Origin: a virus
Taxonomy: Duplodnaviria; Caudoviricetes
Reading direction: 5' to 3' (one strand)
IMG/VR virus record: IMGVR_UViG_3300032234_000384
Location: 1-63,522 of that record
Length of the DNA stretch: 63,522 bases
In this document: positions 52,023-62,453 of the stretch, in pieces
Layout: each line of letters opens with the position of its first letter
Position numbering within the stretch: the stretch's first letter is position 1
Made by a program: the position numbers and the translations under genes
Notes under the pieces: model-generated
What the model was told of the DNA's origin: nothing
Databases searched by the model: none
The model's input: only the letters and a program-made list of their open reading frames with translations

Positions 52023-53520
52023 TTTTTAATCCTATCTTGTAGAGTTTATAGGTGAACTTCTCCTCATTATATATCTTAGTTCTTTCTACAAAATGTTTCA
52101 GAGTAAAATTCATATAATTCTTGTAGCGGAGGTCATCTGCTATATCGTAAAGAACCGCTTTAGTCTTGTTGTCACCGATTCGTAAACCACGTCCAATAGA
52201 TTGGAGATTTCGAACTCTTGATTTGGACGGAGATGCGAATATAATATTATGGAGATTCCTAATATTAATTCCAGTACTAAAGGTACCATAACTAGCCACA
52301 ATAATAGCGTCATTTTCTTCTTCAGTGATCCGTCTTACTTCTTCCCTTGTTTCTGTGTCTGTTTTTCCGTAAACAAAGAAGACCTTCCTAGTACCAATTT
52401 TCTCGGTATTAGTTATCATATCATACAATATTTTACCGTGTTTGTCAACATATTGGTAAAGAATAAGTGTATTTCCATTCAAAGATACCGCAAGGTTTTT
52501 GATAAATTTGTTGCGTAACTCATTCAAGATTAAATATTCAATTTCTTCCTGATACGTTTTACCCTTCATTAACTGACACACTTCATCATCATGTTTCAGT
52601 ACCAAACATTTGATTGTGAAATCTGCAATCTGTTTATTGTCCATCAGTTCTTTGGTAGTTGTTACCTTTTGAACAGGACCAAAAAGACCCTCAAGCACCA
52701 ATTTGTGTGTCTTTGTACCGTCAAGTGTACCAGTTAGACCAATGCGATATTTTGCATTGATGCAGTTCGACATAATTGAGACAAGTGATTGTGCTTTGAA
52801 CAGGTGTGCTTCGTCACCAATGATAAAATCGAACTGATGAAAGTATTCTTCTGGTTGCGTGTACAACGATTGCCATGTAGATATCGTGAGTGGTAAGTCT
52901 GTGTGTTTATCCTTACCTTGATAAATTTTATGTACATTCTCTTGTACATCCCAACCGTTCTTGGTTGAGTAATCAGCAAAGTCTGAATACAACTGTTCAA
53001 CAAGAGAAGTTGTTGGAACAATAATCAATCCCTTCTTACACTTGTATGTCAATAGTTGACGCACTGTAAGGTAAATGATGAGAGATTTACCTGATGATGT
53101 TGGTGAGAGTAGAAGGCACCGATTGTTACGCATAGCATGTACGTATGCATTTTTTTGGTAATCTCTAACATCTATGTCTGTATTTCTTGACTGCAACTCC
53201 AAGTCTGTGATAAACTTATCAGCATGATATACAGGATAATCTTCAGTCAAATCTGGTCTAGGGTCTCCGTACTCCAGTACATACTCACGTTCTTCACAGA
53301 AGTTTTCAATGTACGGAAGAAGACCGTGGTAGACCTGAAACGTTCTAAGGTCAAAGAGCCTTATCTTACCGTCCCAAATTTTATTTCGAAATGCCGGAGT
53401 AAATTGATGACCGGGTACATAGAAGGTAAAAAACTCCGACAACTCTTGTGCTGTCGAACGTTCACACTTTACCTTAACATACGCTTCGTTTCGTTTCGTT
53501 ACTATTAGTTTAGTTTCCAC
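51994..53520 (-). CDS. uvsW: SF2 helicase UvsW
   Basis: WDGKIRL, PTSSGKS, DEAH, QSIGR.LR. Confidence 0.95.
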   Translation of the reverse strand: METKLIVTKRNEAYVKVKCERSTAQELSEFFTFYVPGHQFTPAFRNKIWDGKIRLFDLRTFQVYHGLLPYIENFCEEREYVLEYGDPRPDLTEDYPVYHADKFITDLELQSRNTDIDVRDYQKNAYVHAMRNNRCLLLSPTSSGKSLIIYLTVRQLLTYKCKKGLIIVPTTSLVEQLYSDFADYSTKNGWDVQENVHKIYQGKDKHTDLPLTISTWQSLYTQPEEYFHQFDFIIGDEAHLFKAQSLVSIMSNCINAKYRIGLTGTLDGTKTHKLVLEGLFGPVQKVTTTKELMDNKQIADFTIKCLVLKHDDEVCQLMKGKTYQEEIEYLILNELRNKFIKNLAVSLNGNTLILYQYVDKHGKILYDMITNTEKIGTRKVFFVYGKTDTETREEVRRITEEENDAIIVASYGTFSTGINIRNLHNIIFASPSKSRVRNLQSIGRGLRIGDNKTKAVLYDIADDLRYKNYMNFTLKHFVERTKIYNEEKFTYKLYKIGLKNGSSKSITS

Positions 53521-53950
53521 CGATGAATCTTTCCCATGCAATATAATCTTTTAGTTGGAAAGTCCTACTCTTTAATTCTTGCATGATAGATTCACAAACA
53601 GCAATCGCTTCATCATGGTACATTTTCTTTTCTAACAGTCGTATCAACTCAGTGTCAGATTCCATGTAGCGTTCGATACCCTGTTTAGTTTTCACATTCA
53701 AGAGGAAGGGTTCCCAACCGTATTCATCTAGTTCTTCTTGTGATAGAGAACCGTTATAATATTCTTCTTTGATTTTACGCATACGTGCATAGTCAAAGTT
53801 CACACGCTTCATAGCAAGCCTGTGGTTCACAAGAATCTTTAGATACTTATTATGTAGTGTAGGTATTTTTAGCAGTTCTTTGCCTGGTTCCGTGGAATCA
53901 ATAACAGAATCCTTTTCCCACTCTTTCAATATTTCTTCAAGTTTACTCAT
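53510..53950 (-). CDS. uvsY: Recombination mediator UvsY
   Basis: W..DS.ID, P.LH.KY, R.FQ.K..I.W..F; synteny. Confidence 0.85.
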   Translation of the reverse strand: MSKLEEILKEWEKDSVIDSTEPGKELLKIPTLHNKYLKILVNHRLAMKRVNFDYARMRKIKEEYYNGSLSQEELDEYGWEPFLLNVKTKQGIERYMESDTELIRLLEKKMYHDEAIAVCESIMQELKSRTFQLKDYIAWERFIGGN

Positions 53951-53979
53951 TATAATCTCCATTGCAAAATTACATTATA

Positions 53980-54477
53980 TCACGAAATATTTTCTAGGTC
54001 AAACCAATCGTACCTAAAAGTTGCAGTTGCCATTATATGTTCTTCTGCCGAAAGTGTAGTATCAAATTCCAAATCACTCAATGAAAGTGGAAAAATATTA
54101 GTAAACTTCACTCTCATTTTTGGATTGTTTAAGTTAGACATTACGGTAAGTATTGCCTGTTTTTTACTTTCTTTCCTTTGCGTGTAGGAATTGTCAACGG
54201 ATGATAGGTCTCTCATCCAGTTATATATTGTTGTCCATGCCGACAAGTCCTCATTCACCATGAACGTTATGTCAAAGGTGTTGTACTCTATTTTAGTGCC
54301 AGAGTGGTACAAATCTAGATTCGGTGTAACTTGCAAAGCGGGATTCAATGTAACACCAGGAATATTTGCTTTCTGGCAAAAATACATTGTTTCAGATATT
54401 TCTGGAAATGCAACCACATATTTTGTTGGTTGCAATAGATTTGTTGTACTTGGGTGAGTTATGATTGCTCCACTCAT
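53980..54477 (-). CDS. Tail tube terminator gp3-like
   Basis: FCQ.ANIPG, F.VNEDL, FP.SLS.L.F. Confidence 0.8.
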   Translation of the reverse strand: MSGAIITHPSTTNLLQPTKYVVAFPEISETMYFCQKANIPGVTLNPALQVTPNLDLYHSGTKIEYNTFDITFMVNEDLSAWTTIYNWMRDLSSVDNSYTQRKESKKQAILTVMSNLNNPKMRVKFTNIFPLSLSDLEFDTTLSAEEHIMATATFRYDWFDLENIS

Positions 54478-54503
54478 ATTATCTCCTTAATGACACATAG
54501 TAT

Positions 54504-54899
54504 TTAGGAACCAACTTTTATGCATTTCCAACCTTTGTTTTGTTTGATTCTTCCTTGGGAAACTTTGACCATATTGCCTTGGTCCAATCCATTTTCTAAA
54601 CAAAATTGTCTAAGGTTAACAATATTAATTTGTTTACCTTCTGGTGTTGTCAACAACCAAGCGCACTCTAAACTTTCTTTGGCTCTTTGTTTTTGGTGAT
54701 TCGTTTGTGGTTTACCTATTCTAGATTGGCGCACCTTTTCAATGTGTTCGGGTGTTTGTTTATGACCTTTTTTCATTTCACTTATTAATCTTTTAGTTTC
54801 TTCTGAGTGTTCTTTGACATAAAATCTGTGTACAACGCTTGATTCGTTTTTGTCAAATTCATATTTGAAATTTTTTAATGATTCTAATATATCGTCCAT
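54504..54899 (-). CDS. NUMOD3-containing protein (homing endonuclease remnant)
   Basis: HSEETKRLIS, KG.KQT.EH; no catalytic domain visible. Confidence 0.6.
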   Translation of the reverse strand: MDDILESLKNFKYEFDKNESSVVHRFYVKEHSEETKRLISEMKKGHKQTPEHIEKVRQSRIGKPQTNHQKQRAKESLECAWLLTTPEGKQINIVNLRQFCLENGLDQGNMVKVSQGRIKQNKGWKCIKVGS

Positions 54900-54925
54900 T
54901 TGTTAACTTAATGTAATGGTTATAC

Positions 54926-54951
54926 AAAAAGAGGAACCCGAAGGTTCCTCT
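54926..54951 (-). terminator. Intrinsic terminator after gp23
   Basis: GAGGAACC-TTCG-GGTTCCTC plus U-tract. Confidence 0.85.
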
Positions 54952-54989
54952 AAAAGTGCCACTCTTAATGGTGGCTCTGTATCACAGAA

Positions 54990-56342
54990 TCACATTAGGT
55001 TGGCGACTCTGAAAATACGGTAGTAAGTGTTACGCTTGGAGTACAACTGACCTAGGTCAACGTTTGAACCGCCTGCGAATGGGTTTGCAACCATGCCGTA
55101 ACGAGTCTTGAAACCAATCTTTGGTTGGAATGTGTACTGGTCAACTGCACGAACCATTTGTAGAGGAACGTATGGGCAGTAGAATAGACCAGCGTCATAA
55201 GGAGAAGAACCCTTATAACCGATTGTTACCAATTCTTGGTTACCTGTGTAACCACCGAAGTATGGGTCGATGTAGACCTTGATACGACCGTGCAACAGAC
55301 CAGCGAATGTGTTACCAGTGTCATCAACTTGCAAGTCAGCAGACAATGCAGGAGTGTACTGTAGAACACCAGCCATAGCCATAGCAGAAGCAACGTCAGA
55401 TGATACGATCATCACGTTACCTTTACCACGACGAGTTTCTTTAGCAATAACGTTAGCGTCACGCTCAACTTGGAAAATCAAGCCTTTGAAACGCTCAACA
55501 GACCAACGGCCGTTAGAGTCAGTGTCAAGGTCGAAAGTACCTGGAGTTGTTGTACCGAATTGAGCACCGTTCTTAGCAACTGCATAGATTGTATGGATAA
55601 CTTCACGGTTGATTTCAGCTAGAATTTCTGTAGACAGAATGTTAGACAATTCTGTTTCAGCGTCAAGACCGTGGATAGCCTTCAAGTCTTGAGCAAGTTC
55701 TAGTGAGTACTCAGCCTTCAACGCACGGCTTTGAGCAGTAACAGTAACCTTCTCGATAGAGAAAGCCATTTGACCGAAAGCGGTGTTTTGCTCTGAACCT
55801 AGGTATTCAGCGGTAGCTGTTGGCATACCGATACCAGTTGTGAATGTGTTAGCTGTTGTGAAACCGTTGCCAACTGGGTTGGTAATTGTGTCACCAGTGG
55901 TGTTGTTAGCGAAACCGAAACGGTTTGTGTCGGAACCAATACCAGCGAACTGTGTGTTAGCTTCGTTGTAGAACGCTTCACGTCCAGAAGCAACCATGTT
56001 CTCACCGTATTTGGCACGCATTGCAAAAATCAAACCGGTAGGACCAGTCATTGGCTGAACGCCAGCAACGTCATAAGCGATAAGATTTGGTAATGCACGG
56101 CGAACCAAGCTGATTAAGATTGGGTCAAAGTTCTGAACACCAGCACCAGTAACGTTGGAAGGACCACCGGAAGTAGTCTCATTCAACATACCCATTTGGG
56201 CACGGTCTGACGCCATAGCTTGAGATTGGTTTTCAAGGACCATGGCTGTAACAGCCTTCTTGTATGGATCCTTAATAGCTTCTAGTTCTGGGTGCTCCAG
56301 AACAGGTTGCCATTTTTGTTTTAGTTCTTCAGATAAAAACAT
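54990..56342 (-). CDS. gp23: Major capsid protein gp23
   Basis: LVRRA.P.LIA.D..GVQPM.GPTG, SRALKAEY..ELAQDL. Confidence 0.97.
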   Translation of the reverse strand: MFLSEELKQKWQPVLEHPELEAIKDPYKKAVTAMVLENQSQAMASDRAQMGMLNETTSGGPSNVTGAGVQNFDPILISLVRRALPNLIAYDVAGVQPMTGPTGLIFAMRAKYGENMVASGREAFYNEANTQFAGIGSDTNRFGFANNTTGDTITNPVGNGFTTANTFTTGIGMPTATAEYLGSEQNTAFGQMAFSIEKVTVTAQSRALKAEYSLELAQDLKAIHGLDAETELSNILSTEILAEINREVIHTIYAVAKNGAQFGTTTPGTFDLDTDSNGRWSVERFKGLIFQVERDANVIAKETRRGKGNVMIVSSDVASAMAMAGVLQYTPALSADLQVDDTGNTFAGLLHGRIKVYIDPYFGGYTGNQELVTIGYKGSSPYDAGLFYCPYVPLQMVRAVDQYTFQPKIGFKTRYGMVANPFAGGSNVDLGQLYSKRNTYYRIFRVANLM

Positions 56343-56377
56343 TTAAAATACTCCTGTTTTAATTAAATGTGGTTTAT

Positions 56378-57589
56378 TTATTTTGCCACAGATTTTGAGA
56401 TTGAATTAACAACGGCGTTAATCAGTGGATCAGCAGATGCTTTTGTTGGCTTATCTTCTGGCACTTCAACACCTTCTTCTAGGGCAGATTTTTCAGCAGG
56501 CTTAACAGACTTAGAAGGAGCATATGCTTCTTTCAATGTGCCAAGTTTTTCTGTGAATTCTTCCTCAGTTGTGAACTCAACACTCTCTGCGAGTGATTTA
56601 AGTTTTTCTACCTGAGTCTGCGTTAGGCCTTCGCAAACTGCTTGCACGGCCTGAATTTTCTTCTGTTCGTTTAGTTCTTTACGAACTTGAATTGAATTTT
56701 GGATTTCTTCGTTCAATTTGGCTTCTAGTTCTTCAACTTTGTCTGCCATTTCTTGAACAACATCAACTTTTTCTTCTGGAATGTCGATGTAGTGTTCTGC
56801 GAATAGATTCTTTAGACCACCAATAAAATCTTCTACGATTTCAGCACGTAGACCAGACTCGATAGCTAGTTCGTTTTCTTTCATCCATTCTTCTACCATG
56901 TAGTTTAGGTAGTCATCGATCTTAGATGCAAAGTCTTCTTTGAGTTCTTCAACTGCTTGTTCGAATTGTTCGTGAAGTTGTGCTTCTACTTCTTCTGCAA
57001 TTTCTTCTACACGTGACATAACGGCAGCTTCGAAAATTGTGGTAGCTTTAGAAACGAATTCTTCTGATAGGTCTTCACCTTGAAGCAATGCATCAATGTC
57101 TTCCTTCAGACCTTTCTTAGCCATCATTTTCTTCATCATGGCTTTATCATGCTTTTCATCTTCGTGGCCTTCTTTGTCTTCTGCTTCAGAAACGACTTCG
57201 CCGTCTTCTTCTACTTCTTCATTCTTTTGGCCACCATAAGATTGGATGCCAACGCCATTTTTGTTTTTGTCCATCATTTGTTTACCAGGCTTGCCTTCAG
57301 GTGCTTCAACAGAACCGTGTTCAGCAGGTTGACCTGATAGCTTCTTAGCTGGCTCAGCACCTACTGGAGGTGTAGCGCCTGGAGGTGTAGCTGTTGCAAC
57401 ACCTTTAGTGGCATCTGGACCACCATCTGTTGTTTTGGTAACTTCTGTACCAATTTCACCAACGTCTTTTTGACCTGCAACTACGGATGTAGGCAGTTTA
57501 GAAGGACCTTCGGTTCCTTTTTTTGCTGAAGAAATGCTTTTATTTAGAATTTCAGCGGCAGCTTCAGATAAATTAAACTTCTTAACCAT
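56378..57589 (-). CDS. gp22: Prohead core scaffold gp22
   Basis: LSEEF..KA.TIFEAAV, DDYL.Y.VEEW..EN. Confidence 0.9.
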   Translation of the reverse strand: MVKKFNLSEAAAEILNKSISSAKKGTEGPSKLPTSVVAGQKDVGEIGTEVTKTTDGGPDATKGVATATPPGATPPVGAEPAKKLSGQPAEHGSVEAPEGKPGKQMMDKNKNGVGIQSYGGQKNEEVEEDGEVVSEAEDKEGHEDEKHDKAMMKKMMAKKGLKEDIDALLQGEDLSEEFVSKATTIFEAAVMSRVEEIAEEVEAQLHEQFEQAVEELKEDFASKIDDYLNYMVEEWMKENELAIESGLRAEIVEDFIGGLKNLFAEHYIDIPEEKVDVVQEMADKVEELEAKLNEEIQNSIQVRKELNEQKKIQAVQAVCEGLTQTQVEKLKSLAESVEFTTEEEFTEKLGTLKEAYAPSKSVKPAEKSALEEGVEVPEDKPTKASADPLINAVVNSISKSVAK

Positions 57590-57618
57590 TTAAAACTCTC
57601 CTTGGTTTTGTATGTGGA

Positions 57619-57626
57619 TATTTATA
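57619..57626 (-). promoter_or_regulatory. T4-type late promoter TATAAATA
   Basis: Exact consensus upstream of gp22. Confidence 0.75.
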
Positions 57627-57629
57627 ATA

Positions 57630-58274
57630 TTATAGTTTTCTAAGGAAGTTTTCGAAAATTTGCAAACTTACTTGCTCGATCTCTTTACGAGATGCTTTGC
57701 GTACTTGTTGAATCGCTTCTTCAAGATGCATTTCAGTCCACTTACCATCTACTAACATCCATTCTTTGCCTTCCATAATTCCCTGTACGAATGCACCAGG
57801 TGCAGAAGGATCGGCCACAATATCTGCCGCTGTGGCAAGATAGAAATCGGGTTGCACAACGTTCACACCGTTGACCATTTTTAAAGAACCCATACCACGG
57901 GAAGACACACCTAATTGTGCGCCACCTTCGATAAGGCTTCTTGCAATGTTACCCATGGGTGTATCAAGAATCTTTGCTTTACCAATCCACTGGTTACCGT
58001 CTTCACGGAGACCAACAATCATGTGAGACACACGATCCAAGTTGATTGATGGTGAATCAGGATGACCTAATTCACCAAAAGCACGATTCTTATTGATATA
58101 ATCTTCGGTGTATCTGTGAACTTCTTTACGTAGTGTATTGAATTCGTAGATACGGCCGTTTTTGTTTTTCTTTTCGGCAACAAGGAAAGGCCCTTCAATA
58201 TGAAGGATCTTTTTACCATCAGCTTCTTCTGTGAGATAGCTGACTGTTTCGGTAATTTCTTTAATAAGTTTCAT
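57630..58274 (-). CDS. gp21: Prohead protease gp21
   Basis: N.NGR.Y, GELGHP, GVSSRG.GS, D.VADPSAP. Confidence 0.95.
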   Translation of the reverse strand: MKLIKEITETVSYLTEEADGKKILHIEGPFLVAEKKNKNGRIYEFNTLRKEVHRYTEDYINKNRAFGELGHPDSPSINLDRVSHMIVGLREDGNQWIGKAKILDTPMGNIARSLIEGGAQLGVSSRGMGSLKMVNGVNVVQPDFYLATAADIVADPSAPGAFVQGIMEGKEWMLVDGKWTEMHLEEAIQQVRKASRKEIEQVSLQIFENFLRKL

Positions 58275-58681
58275 TTTAGACCCATTGCCTTTCGTTTTCT
58301 TAACGATATTTTTCTTTTTCGTAAGATTTGATTCTTCTTACTTCTAAGTTTAATCTTTGCCCTACGTGCCCCCATCATACGATGACGGCGTTCTTGTGAA
58401 GACATTCTTACGACTTTGCCTCCACGTATTGTATAACCAGGTACAGTTGAGAATTTCTTCCTTCTCTGTACTTTGCCAGCACGTATACGTACACGTACTA
58501 ACTTTGTTCTGCCCATTTTTAGGATGTTTGCCTCATCCAAGCCTAATTTCTCGGCTTCTTCCACAACTATTCGTTGTTTAATTATTTCTAATTTTTGTTC
58601 GAATAGTTCTTTAATTCTTTCGTCTATTAACTTTCTGGCTTCCGTTAAGTTACCAGAAAGAAAACAATCAACAAGTGACAT
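58271..58681 (-). CDS. Prohead core protein gp68-like
   Basis: Highly basic C-terminus; synteny. Confidence 0.65.
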   Translation of the reverse strand: MSLVDCFLSGNLTEARKLIDERIKELFEQKLEIIKQRIVVEEAEKLGLDEANILKMGRTKLVRVRIRAGKVQRRKKFSTVPGYTIRGGKVVRMSSQERRHRMMGARRAKIKLRSKKNQILRKRKISLRKRKAMGLK

Positions 58682-59217
58682 TATGGTCTCAAACTAAAAT
58701 TAGGACCATAGTTGAATGCCGCAGGATCATTGAATTGACCACGCTGATAATGTGCATTATCTTTACGTAGTTCCAAAATAATTGTGTAACTATCACCGTT
58801 CACCATACCACGTGTGGTGATACCAATGTTTCCGTTTGAGCCTGCCGCACCTGCTGTTGGGTTTGGAATTGTGATCCAGTTACCTGCACCATCATATTCA
58901 CCATTACCATTCAAGAAGAATGCTGTGTTGGATGCTGTTGCTGTCCAATACAATTCAACATCAGCATTTGCAGTTGCAGAGCAATCATACCACAGACGAT
59001 TGATAGCCAAACCGTAATATGATAACGTGGTGTTTGCAGAACCACCTTGTGTGTTAGCCACAAGAAAACCATTTGTTGCTAAAGCACCAGAAAGTGTGTT
59101 AGCAACGATACGTGCTGTGTTAGACTCTTGACCTGTACCATCAAATTTAGCTGTTAGTTTAATCACAGCATGTTGTGTGTCATCTTTTAGTACGTTAATT
59201 CCATATACGTTTGCCAT
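58681..59217 (-). CDS. Probable virion structural protein
   Basis: Beta-rich; YTIILELRK; within the head operon. Confidence 0.6.
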   Translation of the reverse strand: MANVYGINVLKDDTQHAVIKLTAKFDGTGQESNTARIVANTLSGALATNGFLVANTQGGSANTTLSYYGLAINRLWYDCSATANADVELYWTATASNTAFFLNGNGEYDGAGNWITIPNPTAGAAGSNGNIGITTRGMVNGDSYTIILELRKDNAHYQRGQFNDPAAFNYGPNFSLRP

Positions 59218-59219
59218 TT

Positions 59220-59927
59220 TTATTCCTTAGAAAACTTAGCGATAGTTTGAAAATGTTTTGCAGAGGCTTCCAACATATCCAACATCTTCGCTTTATTAGC
59301 CTCATTAATTTTTTTGTGTAACTCTATCATTTGTTTTGCCATTTGAGGAGTTATTTCTGATGTAGAGCCATCCAAATGTTCTACAACAATGGTTTTTCTG
59401 TCTTCATTTACCTGTTTAATCTTATCGAAAACAGTTTCCTCATTAGCCGACCATTGCATATCTTCATATGGAACAGTAACATATTTGTTAATTTTATCTA
59501 CGTAATAAAGAGCAACACGTTGACCGTTTGGAAATTGACGCACAGATTTTCTACGCATAATTAAAACGGCAGGTGGATCCAATTCACGTGCTTGAGAAGT
59601 TTTACCTTCCATAACTGGAGTTGAAGTTGCCATTAAAGCTGAATTGTTTTTCAACTTAGAAAGAACAGGATCGTGTGCGTTTATTTCATGACCAGCCGCA
59701 TGTAATCTCTGAATATCATTAAACTTCTCCATAACTGGAGCAAGATATTCTGGATGGTGTGCATGAAACATAACGTGTGCCGCATAATCAGCAAGGTCAA
59801 CAATACCACGTTTTTGAATATCTAAATGATGGTGCAATTCTGTCGGCGACAGTACACCATCTCCATTCTCATCTGGAGATCCGTCTTCTTTAATTTCTCT
59901 CTGAAGAAAATCTTTTAGACTTTTCAT
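59220..59927 (-). CDS. Head-operon protein with EF-hand-like motif
   Basis: MKSLKDFL start; DENGDGVLSPTE; DPP.VL.MRRK. Confidence 0.6.
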   Translation of the reverse strand: MKSLKDFLQREIKEDGSPDENGDGVLSPTELHHHLDIQKRGIVDLADYAAHVMFHAHHPEYLAPVMEKFNDIQRLHAAGHEINAHDPVLSKLKNNSALMATSTPVMEGKTSQARELDPPAVLIMRRKSVRQFPNGQRVALYYVDKINKYVTVPYEDMQWSANEETVFDKIKQVNEDRKTIVVEHLDGSTSEITPQMAKQMIELHKKINEANKAKMLDMLEASAKHFQTIAKFSKE

Positions 59928-60103
59928 TCTTCTGTTTCGGTTTCAGGTTGATGTTGTGCAATTAAATTTTGTGCAATAACTTGTTTTCTTTGCTCAATAG
60001 CGGCAAAGATTTTATCATTGATTTCATTGTACAATGCATCACGCATCTGTGTTGCGTTATCTGTAAATGCATTGTCAACTACTGCTCTAAGATTATCATT
60101 CAT
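59924..60103 (-). CDS. Prohead core protein gp67-like
   Basis: Small acidic ORF directly after the portal. Confidence 0.6.
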   Translation of the reverse strand: MNDNLRAVVDNAFTDNATQMRDALYNEINDKIFAAIEQRKQVIAQNLIAQHQPETETEE

Positions 60104-60129
60104 ATTATTCTCCATTAAACATCAAATAT

Positions 60130-61827
60130 TTATAACACTCTCTGTAGCATACGCATCGTAGGTGTATACTCATTATTTAAGCTAAGGTCACCTCTAGGTG
60201 TTTGTGCGTTATCTTGTGGTGATGGATTTGGAGCAGGCACTGGTGCACCACCACCTCCGCCACCTCCGCCACCGCCACCAGCACCATCAGGATTCATTAA
60301 CTCTTGTTGACCTTGTTGTGCGATTTGCATTGGATCCATAATTAGACCGGCTGCTTTTTCTTTGTCAATTTGTTTTTGCATCTCTTTAATGTCATCGTCA
60401 GATAGACGTAGAACATTACGTTGAATCCATTCCATAGAATAGTAACGACCAACATATGGATCAACTGAGCCAAGCAAAGATAGACGTTCACGTACCAACT
60501 CTGCTTCTTTAAGTTCGGCAAAGTTATTATCTTTTAAGAAATCGAAATAAATGTTTTCTCTGAATTCATCGAATTCTTCTGATGTACAAATACCTTTTAA
60601 AACACACTGTACACGGAGTGCTTGTGAAAAAATCTCAGAAAACTTTTGACGTTGACGGTCAACAAACTTACCAAACTTAACTTCATCACGTGTTATTTCA
60701 CCAACACGACCTAAAGAAAAGCCTGATTGATTTGGGTCTAAACGTGAAACAGGTACGTTGAGTGACTTGTATAGTTTCTTTTCGAAATACTTAACGTCTT
60801 CAAGTTCACCAAGGTTTTGACCACCAGGAAGTGTAGTGATTTCGGTACCTTTACCACCTTCACGGCGAGGTAACCAAAAGTCTTCCATCATAGAAAGGAA
60901 TTTACGGTCATCACGTACTTCACCTGTCTGTGCATCATACACCAACTTGTTTTTGTACTTGACCATAATATCACGGAGATATTGTTCCGCTTTTAACTTT
61001 GGTAGATTACCAACGTCAATGTAGAAAATTCTACGTTCTGGCGCACGTGAGATACGGTAAATAACCGTAGCGTCTTCAATCATGCGGAGTTGGTTTAGAG
61101 GTTTGATTGCCTTGTGTAGATAAGAAAGAACAACTGCACGGCGAGAGTCCATCAAACCAGAATTGATATTAATGATTGCATCTTTAGCGATACGAACACC
61201 AACTGGTCCGTAGCTTGAAGATGTTCCAGAAACTACCTTATCATTATAGATGTAGTATTCGTTGACTGTCTGTACAACATCGACCGATGTTCCAGTGTCT
61301 TTGTCTTTTTTGATTTCACGTACCTTACGTATCTTACGTGGATCAATATATCTGAGTGCTTTAATACCGTCTTGTGGTCTTTCTTCATCAAGAATAATGT
61401 GGTAAAAAAGTCTACCATCGACATAGAATCTACGGAAAGTATCTGTAGACATGTTTTGGTAATTCAACAATCTAAGAACGATAGTGAATTCTTCTTCGAT
61501 TGCTTTTTTAATTTTCTCGGGTTGCCTCAAATCGTCCATGATAATACGAACAGATTTTCCGTCATCGTTCTGTACAATCGCTTCATTGACAATATCATCA
61601 ATCGCAGATTCAATTTCTGGTTGCATTGCCATTTCACGATATCGGGAAATCAACTCGACTTCGTTTTTTGCTGTGCCATCTAAATCAACATATGTGCCGT
61701 AATAAGCGGCTGACGAAATGGTTAAAGCTCCATCTTCGTTAGAAGGTGGTGCAAAGGTTTTCTCCGACTGCTGTTCAATATCAGTCTTTTGTCGAGAGAT
61801 TTGGAAACCGAAAAGATTTAGTGCCAT
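60130..61827 (-). CDS. gp20: Portal protein gp20
   Basis: YRISRAPERRIFYIDVGN, EDFWLPRREGG.GTEI. Confidence 0.97.
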   Translation of the reverse strand: MALNLFGFQISRQKTDIEQQSEKTFAPPSNEDGALTISSAAYYGTYVDLDGTAKNEVELISRYREMAMQPEIESAIDDIVNEAIVQNDDGKSVRIIMDDLRQPEKIKKAIEEEFTIVLRLLNYQNMSTDTFRRFYVDGRLFYHIILDEERPQDGIKALRYIDPRKIRKVREIKKDKDTGTSVDVVQTVNEYYIYNDKVVSGTSSSYGPVGVRIAKDAIININSGLMDSRRAVVLSYLHKAIKPLNQLRMIEDATVIYRISRAPERRIFYIDVGNLPKLKAEQYLRDIMVKYKNKLVYDAQTGEVRDDRKFLSMMEDFWLPRREGGKGTEITTLPGGQNLGELEDVKYFEKKLYKSLNVPVSRLDPNQSGFSLGRVGEITRDEVKFGKFVDRQRQKFSEIFSQALRVQCVLKGICTSEEFDEFRENIYFDFLKDNNFAELKEAELVRERLSLLGSVDPYVGRYYSMEWIQRNVLRLSDDDIKEMQKQIDKEKAAGLIMDPMQIAQQGQQELMNPDGAGGGGGGGGGGGAPVPAPNPSPQDNAQTPRGDLSLNNEYTPTMRMLQRVL

Positions 61828-61884
61828 GTTTGTTTATTTCCAATTCAAGTAAACATAAAGGGGGGAATTAATCCCCCCATATAA

Positions 61885-62427
61885 TTAGGAAGTTGTGTCA
61901 GATTCCCACCACTGATATGCTAGGGTCGTTGAGAATTCTTCGATAGAATCATTTGAACCCCAATCTAAATCAATTGGTGACAAGTCCACTGGGAATGCTC
62001 CGACAAATTTATATGTCTTTATAATATTGCCAGCTTTGTCATATTGGTCAACCTTAGCGTCAACTGAGTAGCCTGTTGGGCTACCAGCAGTTGCAGTACG
62101 CAGGTTACCACCGTGGGAATTAATACCGTTCATCCACGATTCGAATGCTCTACGCACTTTGAAGTTTTCATCGTTGATAATGGTAATTGTCCAGTCAGCA
62201 AAGTTTCTGTTTCCAGCAAACTTCAACTCACGACCAAAATAATACAGTGGAACAGTACCAACAGTTGAACCTGGCAATTGTGCAGTCTTGCAAAGGAATG
62301 TTAGTGCTTGTCCAGAATTTACTGGGTCGTTAGCGAATACTGGGAAAGTCATTGTGACTTGGAACAGGTTGGGACGAGCACCATCTCCGATGAGATTTGC
62401 ACGAAACTCTGTTACGTTGAAAGCCAT
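61885..62427 (-). CDS. gp19: Tail tube protein gp19
   Basis: GARPNLF, AG.R.F.DWT.T..ND, F.G.FP. Confidence 0.92.
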   Translation of the reverse strand: MAFNVTEFRANLIGDGARPNLFQVTMTFPVFANDPVNSGQALTFLCKTAQLPGSTVGTVPLYYFGRELKFAGNRNFADWTITIINDENFKVRRAFESWMNGINSHGGNLRTATAGSPTGYSVDAKVDQYDKAGNIIKTYKFVGAFPVDLSPIDLDWGSNDSIEEFSTTLAYQWWESDTTS

Positions 62428-62453
62428 TGTTTTCTCCTATTTCTTATTATTTA

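Noticed and set aside
60240-60285. Poly-Gly run in the portal C-terminus
   Set aside because: Low-complexity disordered tail, common in T4-like portals
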